Positions 54,001-64,000 of a stretch of 64,000 bases of DNA are shown here, in pieces (within the stretch, counting starts at the first letter, position 1; each line of letters starts with the position of its first letter). The position numbers were made by a program, and so were the translations under genes. A model generated the notes under the pieces. The model was not told the DNA's origin and searched no databases. It saw nothing but the letters and a program-made list of their open reading frames with translations. Origin of the DNA: Octopus vulgaris (lineage: Eukaryota); contig OX597827.1 in the NCBI GenBank assembly GCA_951406725.2, forward strand, positions 8,618,001 through 8,682,000, given 5' to 3'.

Positions 54001-54556
54001 ATGCCCTGATGCAATACCACACAGAGGCTCTCATGGCTCCTGATCTTAACTGGTTGGAAGTGTTATCATGTACATTGTTTTGTCTTGGTATAAAAGATGG
54101 GCTACAGCAAATACTTTGGTTAATACCACAGATTTGTTTGTCAATTGCCTGACCTTAGCCAGTTGATCATATCCCTTAGTGGCTGACGATATGTGCATCA
54201 CTGATCATGAGCAGAAGTAGTGGGGGAGCATCATTGCCATGTGTTGAAAGGAATTCGTTGGGGTTAAGATAATTCACCTTTGGAAACATGGGTGTTTTGT
54301 TCAACATCTCTACACAACCCTTATTCGGAGACCTTTTGAGCAGGATGGGCTACTCGGCATGAAGAAAATTCTAACTGGGCCCCACTTGCAAGATCATGTG
54401 CTGTTTATCTTGTTATGAGATCACCATGTCGTCCACACATCGTTGTCATGCAGGTGCCCAGTGTACCCTAATCAGACAGGTAGTCATGATGGGTATACTG
54501 GGCTTCGTATATTTTACCCCAGTGTCACTTTGATGGCATTCACTGCTCTTTCACTC
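54001..54556 (+). mobile_element. Non-coding (AAT)n-flanked element (possible R4/Dong-type 3' UTR or dependent SINE)
   Basis: (AAC/AAT)n on both sides; other copies at 5123-5225 and, inverted, ~47610-47760. Confidence 0.65.
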
Positions 54557-54623
<67 letters not shown>

Positions 54624-54630
54624 TTAATAA

Positions 54631-55462
54631 CTGGGCTAAACTAAATGCAAAAGAAATAGACAGAGAAAAATCCCAGCAATGGTTGAGAAGCTCAGGACTC
54701 AAAGCAGAGACTGAAGGATTTTTAATTGCAGCACAAGACCAAAGCCTCCCCACCAGAAATTACCAAAAACATATAATGAAAAGAAATATAACAAGTAACT
54801 GCAGAATATGTGGAGATGGACAAGAAACAATAAATCATATTATCTCTGGCTGCCCAGTCCTGGCTAAGAAGGAATATATTCACAAACACAACAGAGTTGG
54901 GACCTCAATACACTGGAAGCTATACTAACACTATGGAATAACAACAGAAAAAAGATGGTATAGGCACACACCAGAAAAGGTCACAGAAAACGAGAAAGCA
55001 ACCATACTCTGGGATACACCAATACACACAGATAGAGAAATTAAGGCCAATAGGGAAGATATAGTTGTCACAGACCATCAAGAAAAAAATGCTTTCTAAT
55101 TGATGTATCAATACCGGCAGATGACAACATGTCTCTTAAAGAAATGGAGAAACTTTCAAAATACAAAGACCTGGAAATAGAGGTAACTCGAATGTGGAAT
55201 CTAAAAACAGAAACAATCCTATCATAGTAGGTGCATTAGGCATGATAAAAAAATATTCAGACAAATACATAACAAAAAACACCAGGACTTACAAACACAT
55301 ATAACATACAGAAAATTGCACTACTGGGCACTGCAAACATCCTACGCAAAACAATTTCAATACAGTAACCATCAGAGCATCACAACAAATCACAGCACAT
55401 ACCCAAGGCACACAGAGCTGTGCTCGGTAGTGAAGTGAAAGCATGCTATAAAAATAAAACTA

Positions 55463-55465
<3 letters not shown>
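54631..55465 (+). mobile_element. R4/Dong-clade non-LTR retrotransposon, 5'-truncated (CCHC finger, RLE endonuclease, 3' UTR)
   Basis: AAQDQSL.TRNY, CRICGDGQETINHIISGC (C-X2-C-X8-H-X4-C), ILWDTPIHTDR..ANREDIVV, LIDVSIP, KEMEKLSKYKDL, IIVGALG, QKIALLGTANILRK. Contains a stop and frameshifts; flanked by (AAT)n on both sides. Confidence 0.92.
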
Positions 55466-55514
<49 letters not shown>

Positions 55515-55744
55515 GTCCTTCCTACTATAGGCACAAGGCCTGAAATTTGGAGGAGTGGGTAGGTTGATTACATCAATATCAGTGCTTCACTGGTAATTAA
55601 TTTATTGACCCCCGAATGGATGGAAGACAAAGTCAATATCGGCAGAATTTGAACTCAGAACATAGCAGCAGACAAAAAGTACTGCTAGGCATTTTGCCCA
55701 GCGTACTAATGATTCTGCCAGCTTGCCTCCTTAATAATAATAAC

Positions 55745-55832
<88 letters not shown>

Positions 55833-56161
55833 GTGGTGATGGTGATGGTGATGGTGATGATGATGATGATGATGATGATGAAAATAATGTCAACTGTTTT
55901 GGTGTGTGACTTTTCGCCCACCCGGTATTTTAGAGCAATTAAATCAGTATTAAGAATATATAATGTAATGAGCATTAAAAAAATCTAATAAGAAATAATT
56001 ATGAGGTAAATAATAAAAAAAAAATATTAGCTCAATGAATTTTTATAGCTTCAGTAAGTATGGGAGACAACTCCAAACATATTTAAATTTTTATTAGTGA
56101 AGCAAAGATTTTTATAACAAGTGATGAGAGAATCAATAAATAAAATATACTCTGTCGAATA

Positions 56162-56836
56162 CAGTAATCCCACGCTACATCGTGGTTCACTTATTGCAGT
56201 TCACCTATCACGGTTCACCGATCACAGTTTATTATTTAAGCTTACGTAGATTCCACCGTGGTGTTGTTTTTGCGTTTATAATACAGTAAATATATACAAA
56301 TTATGAAAATAATTTTGGAAAATATACAGTAGGCACAGGAGTGGCTGTGTGGTAAGTAGCTTGCTAACCAACCACATGGTTCCGGGTTCAGTCCCACTGC
56401 GTGGCATCTTGGGCAAGTGTCTTCTGCTATAGCCCCGGGCCGACCAATGCCTTGTGAATGGATTTGGTAGACGGAAACTGAAAGAAGCCTGTCGTATATA
56501 TGTATATATATATAAGTGTGTGTGTATATGTTTGTGTGTCTGTGTTTGTCCCCCTGGCATTGCTTGACAACCGATGCTGGTGTGTTTACGTCCCCTTCAC
56601 TTAGCGGTTCGGCAAAGAGACCGATAGAATAAGTACTGGGCTTACAAAGAATAAGTCCTGGTGTCGATTTGCTCAGCTAAAGGCGGTGCTCCAGCATGGC
56701 CACAGTCAAATGACTGAAACAAGTAAAAGAGTAAAAGAGTAAAGAGAGAGAGTACAGTATTGTTTCCACTTCTCAGATTTTCCCCTATCACAGTGGAGTT
56801 TAGAACTTAGTACCTGCTTTAGTCGCGGGATTACTA
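56162..56836. mobile_element. Tc/mariner (Tigger-like) MITE interrupted by SINE family A (56332-56750)
   Basis: TA-cagtaatccc...gggattacta-TA termini; tacagta duplicated on either side of the SINE. Confidence 0.7.
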
Positions 56837-57024
56837 TACCTATTAAGTGTGTGTTTGTGTGGCCTAGTCATTAGGGTGTTGGGTTCATGATCGTTAATGA
56901 TCATAGGTTCCAATCCTGGACCGGGCAGTATACTGTGCCCTTTGGCAAGACACATCATTTAGTGATGGTCTCTGTATATGTATGTGCATATATGTATATA
57001 TATATACATACATACATACATATA

Positions 57025-57110
<86 letters not shown>

Positions 57111-57112
<2 letters not shown>

Positions 57113-57510
57113 CACAGGAGTGGCTGTGTGGTAAAGTAGCTTGCTTAGCAACCACATGATTCTGGGTTCAGTCCCACTGCATGACACCTTGGGGAAGTGT
57201 CTTCTACTATAGCCTCAGGCTGACCAAAACCTTGTGAGTGGATTTGGTAGACGGAAACGGAAATAAACCCGTCGTATATATACATGTGTGTGTGTGTGTG
57301 TGTGTGTGTGCATGTGTATATCTGTGTGTGCATGTATGTAAATATAAATATACAACAGGCTTCCACACAGTTTCTTCTGAGTAAATTCACTCACAACGCA
57401 TTGGTCAGCCTGAAGATATAGTGGTTGCAGACTCTTGCTCAAGGTTCCACACTGTGGGACTGAACCTAAAACCACCTGGTTGCGAAGTGAATTTCTTTAC
57501 AACAGAGCCA
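57111..57510. mobile_element. Two convergent 5' halves of family A SINEs
   Basis: Plus head at 57111-57290 and an older minus head at 57350-57510. Confidence 0.7.
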
Positions 57511-58043
57511 AAGGCATGATCAGCTTGTATTTTTTTAATATGAATGTGTAGTAGCTGCTGCTGGGGCTTAGCTTCAAGTTAGCTTTGATTAAACAGACTC
57601 GTGATCCAAGGTATTCCAACCATGACCACCCCATCTTGTTTCCAAATTTAATATATTAAGGATTACATCATTCAATACGTTTCCCTTTTTATGATGGTTT
57701 GAGCGTGAAAGAAGGAAGATTAGGGCAACTATTTCTAAAAGGTCAACTGACCACATAAAAATTTTACATTTCTATCCGAGATAGATGAAAGGAAAAGTGA
57801 GTCCCTAAAGGGATGTGAACCCCAAACTATTAATGTTACATCAAGTAAAGGATTTAATATTGTTCTCTAACATTTACAACAAAGCTGTAATGTTTTATCC
57901 GTGCATGCATGTAGATGTGGGGTTGAGGCTGAAGTGTAGCAAGGTTTTAAAGTTAATGGGAGTGAGCATATATATAACAAGGCACTGTGACACACACCAA
58001 GCAATTTTTAACTCCTTTCTCTTATATTACATGAAATATCTCA

Positions 58044-58349
58044 TCTTTATATATAAAATTGAAGTTGTGTGTGTGAGACTCTGTCTCCTCCGATTTAGAT
58101 TCCTAACTACTCCCACATTTTGCGGTGCAGTTTAACCAAAAGCGGGTATCTTATAGTCGTCATTCATATCGAGCCCTGCTGGGTATTAGCGTGCGTCTAC
58201 GATGAGTCTACGATTTAAAAAAAAAATACCATCATTTTTCCGCATTTTTAATGATTTTTGCTCGGGTTATATAAGGGAAGTAACTCTCTAAAAATGCTTA
58301 TATAGTTATTTCCCTTACAAACCCGAGCAACGCCGGGCAATACTGCTAG
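58044..58349 (+). mobile_element. Non-autonomous Helitron
   Basis: A|TC...CTAG|T termini; 5' tctttatatataaaa; subterminal hairpin cccgagcaacgccggg just upstream of CTAG; no TSD. Confidence 0.85.
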
Positions 58350-58604
58350 TCAGTTATAATATACGTAATTGTATTCTACATTCATTAATTTCATGTTTCA
58401 ATAACGATCTCATTATGCATGAAACTTAAAAACTACTGATATAGGTAACTGAATGGTTTTTAAAAATTGTTGAAAAGGCACCACTTTTGAAAAATGTGCT
58501 TGGTGGGAACAGTTGCTCCCCTTACTCTACTATTAGCTACTCCACTAGATGGCGGTGAATATAAGTGATTAAATCTACCCTAGCATGTGACAGATACTTA
58601 TATT

Positions 58605-59370
58605 GATTTCAAATTTTGTCACAAAGCTAGCAATTTTGGAGGAGGGGATAAGTCAATTACATCGACCCCAGTGTTCAAATTGTACTTAATTTAGTAACTC
58701 CAAAAGGATGAAAAGCAAAGTCGACCTCAGTGGTATTTGAACTCAGAACATAAAGGCATTTGAAAAATACTGCTAAGCATTTTGCCCAGCATGCTAACAG
58801 TTCTGCCTGATCACACTCTTGCTCTGGTACTTATCATATTCTTTTCTACTCTAGACACAAGGCTCGAAATTTGGGCGGAAGGGGCCAGTCGATTAGATCG
58901 ACCTCAGTACGCAACTGTTACTTAATTTATCGACCCTGGAAAGATGAAAGACAAAGTCGACCTCAGCAGAATTTGAACTCAGAACATAAAGATAGACGAA
59001 ATACCTATTTCTTTACTACCCACAAGGCGCTAAATACAGAGGGGACAAACAAGGACAGACAAATGGATTAAGTCGATTACATCAACCCCAGTGCATAACT
59101 GGTACTTAATTTATCGACCCTGAAAGGATGAAAGGCAAAGTCGACCTCAGCAGAATTTGAACTCAGAACGTAGTAACGACATACGAAATACTACTAAGCA
59201 TTTCACCCAGCATGCTAATGACTCTGCCAGTTCACCACTGGTACTTATCGTACTGAACCCAAAAGGATGGAAATCAAAGTTAACCTTGATTTAAAGTCAG
59301 AATGTAAAGGTCTCTAGCAAAATATCACAAGGCATATTTTATCTCACATGCTAATAACTCTGCCAATCAA
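58605..59370 (-). mobile_element. Cluster of nested/tandem family B SINEs
   Basis: aaggatgaaaggcaaagtcgacctcag-like core repeated about 4 times. Confidence 0.8.
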
Positions 59371-59898
59371 TAGTGAATAATATTGTTGATTTCTAATGCA
59401 AGCACAAGGCAGCACATTTCAGTGTGACAGTATGGTATCGAACCCAGTGCACTACTGTTATTTTATTTTATTAAATCTAGAAGAATCACTGGAACTTAGA
59501 ACTTAGTAAAGTGCACCATAAGACGATATTCATTAGTGTATTACTCAGAATGTAAAGACGGGTGAACAGCAAGAGAAAAATACTGAGAAGTTATTTAAGA
59601 ATATTCTATAAATATAGAAACAAGGCAAAAATTAATAAGAGAATGAAATTTGCTGTTAAAAAAAAAACACTGCAGTACATATATGCAGCTACAAGGAATG
59701 TTTCCTTAGTATGTAAGCAAGACTAGCAGAGCCTATCTGTGGTAAAATAGTGAATATTAATTACTAATATATCTAATATATATTGTTAATGATTTCTAAT
59801 TCATTATTAAAAGAAGTTAATGAATAAAATTCAATCAATGAAATGCCTAATATAATGGTATTAGACACAATTTTCCTTTGCATTCATTTCAACCTCCT

Positions 59899-59930
<32 letters not shown>

Positions 59931-59970
59931 TATATAGACACGCGTGTGTGTGTATATATGTGTATATGTG

Positions 59971-60007
<37 letters not shown>

Positions 60008-60594
60008 TATTATAATGAAAAACAATCTACACTAATGATAATGTTTAATGCATTTTGGAGCTCATCTTATGCTATGTTGTTTAATTTCATTATATATTAG
60101 TGCATGTATATATGCATGTATGTATATACATATGTGTGTGTGTGCGCGCTTCAGTGTGTGTGTGTGAATGTGTGTGAATATGTATATATACATAAACATA
60201 CATATGCACACACACACATATATATATATATAGGCCTATTCAAATACACATACACAAATATATATATATACTTATATTTATACTAAAGTGTGATGAAATT
60301 AAAAAATCATGCCGTAAGTTAAGCTCCAAAAATGCATTAAATATTGTCATTAGGGTCGATTGATTTTTGTGTTTGGTTCAGTGTAATTTGCAAAGTGAAC
60401 CGTGCCTGCACGTGTCACCTACCAGGCCTCGCGTAATTGAACGAATTTTCAAAGACGTTTTATAGCAGGCCAGCATATAAAATAATAAAATCAAATACAC
60501 ATATGTACACAAACAATACACACACACACAAACGCACATAGAAGCACACGCATATATTGTATATGAGTAAAATTGTATGTGTATGCATACATAT

Positions 60595-60802
60595 ACTCTT
60601 TTACTCTTTTACTTGTTTCAGTCATTTGACTGCGGCCATGCTGGAGCACCGCCTTTAGTCGAGCAAATCGACCCCGGGACTTATTCTTTGTAAGCCCAGT
60701 ACTTATTCTATCGGTCTCTTTTGCCGAACCGCTAAGTGACGGGGACGTAAACACACCAGCATCGGTTGTCAAGAAATGCTAGGGGAACAAACACACACAC
60801 AA

Positions 60803-60841
<39 letters not shown>

Positions 60842-61012
60842 CATATATACGACAGGCTTCTTTCAGTTTCCGTCTACCAAATCCACTCACAAGGCATTGG
60901 TCGGCCCAGGGCTATAGCAGAAGACACTTGCCCAAGATGCCACGCAGTGGGACTGAACCCGGAACCATGTGGTTGGTTAGCAAGCTACTTACCACACAGC
61001 CACTCCTGCGCC
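60595..61012 (-). mobile_element. SINE family A
   Basis: Consensus match. Confidence 0.9.
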
Positions 61013-61023
61013 TTATACATGTG

Positions 61024-61056
<33 letters not shown>

Positions 61057-61418
61057 CCATACAATTGCTTAAAAAATATAAATGTGCATTTGTCATGCTG
61101 TGTATATTATAGTATTTATGTTTGTCTATATACACAACTAGTTACAACACATTCAGTCTATTCTTATACAGACTAATGAATATATAAACATACACACACA
61201 CACATATATATATATACATACATATACATATATTACATCATCATCATCATCATCATCGTTTAACGTCTGCTTTCCATGCTAGCATGGGTTGGACATATAT
61301 ATATATATATATACATACACATACAGTTGTGGTGCACCTGAGCACTGTATACAATGATTTCATTATTATTATTATTATTGTTATTATTATACATACATAC
61401 ATACATATAAAATCAAAA

Positions 61419-61474
<56 letters not shown>

Positions 61475-62348
61475 TGTTTTTTTTGTTTGTTTGTTTTTTC
61501 CAGTTTCAGCTCTTGAGCTGTGGCCATGCTGGGGCACATATATATATATATATATACATATATCTATCTCTCTATCTATTTATTTCTCATAGATGGTAAA
61601 TGTTTTTGTTTTTCATTCCCTTCGAAATTTTATCCCTAATAGTGGTTTGAAATTTAACTGTCCTCTCTAGCGTGCAGGTAGTCCTATGATGGATACCTCT
61701 TATGTGTTTAAACGTACACTGTATTTATATCTATCTCTATCTACATATATATAATACGCATGTGTATGTTTGTGTCTATGTGTGTGTGTTTGTGTGTGTG
61801 TGAGTGTATGTGTGTTAGTATTTGTGTGTGTGCGTGCACGTGTGTGTGCGTGCACGTGTGTGTGCGTGCACGTGTGTGTGTGTGTCTTCGTTAATGTGTG
61901 TATATATCTATGTCAAAATGGTGATCGTTTTTAGTCGATAAATGATGAGGGAATGACCATGCCAACAACTTTGTCTTCTTTCTTGCTTTCTGTATGATTT
62001 GCTGTCCTTTTGTGCCAGATTTCGTTACACCAACACACACGCACACACACACACACACATATGCATAGAATATGCCTTTGTAAGTAATTACTTTTTTGTT
62101 GTCAGAATGTCTTTATACGGTGTCTTGTGGTGTTAAAGTATTTTATGTTGTTGGCAGCCTTCCCTATTGATACCTGCTGCCTGCTATTTCTGTTCGTTCA
62201 TGGCACACATGCTGTCCAGAGTGTAGTTAGTGCGATACTGTTTAGAATGTATTGCTTATTATGTCACGAACATGTGTGTGTATATATATATATGTGCGTG
62301 TATACATATATATACATATAAACATATGTATGTATATATATATGTGTG

Positions 62349-62400
<52 letters not shown>

Positions 62401-62423
62401 TATATATAAATAGGATTGGTATA

Positions 62424-62905
<482 letters not shown>

Positions 62906-63111
62906 CACGTGCACATATGCCATCATTATCATCATTATCAACATCAACACTTAAAGTCTGTTTTCCATGCTGGTATGGGTAGGATGATTTGACAGGAACT
63001 GGCATATATATATATATATGTATATATATGTCCTGAGCGTTATACTAATACATCTGTTTGTTTTCTACACCACCTGTCTTCGTCTTTTGTTTTTTTTTTC
63101 GTGAATTCTCC

Positions 63112-63162
<51 letters not shown>

Positions 63163-63169
63163 TATATTC

Positions 63170-63546
63170 ATTTATTCTTTTATTCATTTATTTGTTTCAG
63201 TCATTTAACTGTAGCCATGCTGGAGCACCACTTTTGATTGAACAAATCAACCTTGAGACTTATTCTTTGTAGGCCTAGTACTTAACATATTGGTTTCTTT
63301 TGCTGAACCGCTAAGTTATGGGGATGTAAATACACCAACATCAGTTGTCAAGTGATTGTGGGGGACAAACACAGACACACACACATATACGACAGGCTTC
63401 TTTCAGTTTCCATCTACTAAATCCACTCACAAGGCTTTGGTTGGCTTGAGGCTGTAGTAGAAGACACTTGTCCAAGGTGCCATGCAGTGGGACTGAACCC
63501 GGAACCATGTGGTTGGTAACCAAGTTACTTACCACACAGCCACTCC
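63170..63546 (-). mobile_element. Older SINE family A
   Basis: Diverged consensus match. Confidence 0.8.
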
Positions 63547-64000
63547 AGCGATTTCTGATATATTTCTTGCATTCACTAAATATTGTTCTAGAGAGGATGA
63601 CTTTGCATGCATTGCTCTTATTTAACCCCAGGTCTGTCTCAATTCAGTAGACCTATGATCAGAGTGGTACCAGTAGTGACCAACCTTCTGTTTGTACGTA
63701 TAAAAAAATCTTCATTGTCCTATGCATATTTTTTCTTCTTGTTTTGTCATTTTCTTCCCAAAACCTAAGTGTGAGAAAATGCACCAGCTATTTCTAGCAT
63801 CCTAAATGTCCACATATAGTCTGCCTCATAATTTATATTTCTCGCACTAAAAGACAATATTTATTATAATAAGATTCTAGTAATGTTGAATTCAAGTTGC
63901 ACAGCTGACATGGAAGAATCTTTGTAGATGTCTCATAAGCTATAAGTGGCATTTTTGTGGATGATATTTCTGTTATTATTCTAATTCTTATCAAAATAAT

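Overview
AT-rich eukaryotic DNA, almost entirely intronic or intergenic. The SINE repertoire and extreme microsatellite load suggest an Octopus (coleoid cephalopod) genome; this is inferred from family resemblance, not from a search. No intact gene, operon, CRISPR array or rRNA is present, and nearly all ORFs in the track are microsatellite or SINE artefacts. The window holds about 19 recognisable copies of a ~410-bp tRNA-head SINE, several other SINE families, two 3' CR1-type LINE fragments, three RLE-type (R4/Dong-like) LINE fragments, a decayed Tc1 transposase, hAT, piggyBac-type and Tc/mariner MITEs with TSDs, a non-autonomous Helitron, and a perfect 73 x 24-bp minisatellite. One credible minus-strand host exon lies at 38450-38600. 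The most interesting signal is a complete type I hammerhead ribozyme (40793-40886, minus) with an unusually long stem II, inside a 270-bp element with inverted ends. Several related hammerhead-variant or fold-back elements (Penelope/retrozyme-like) also sit in (TA)n-rich tracts. I see no evidence for a novel protein-coding system.
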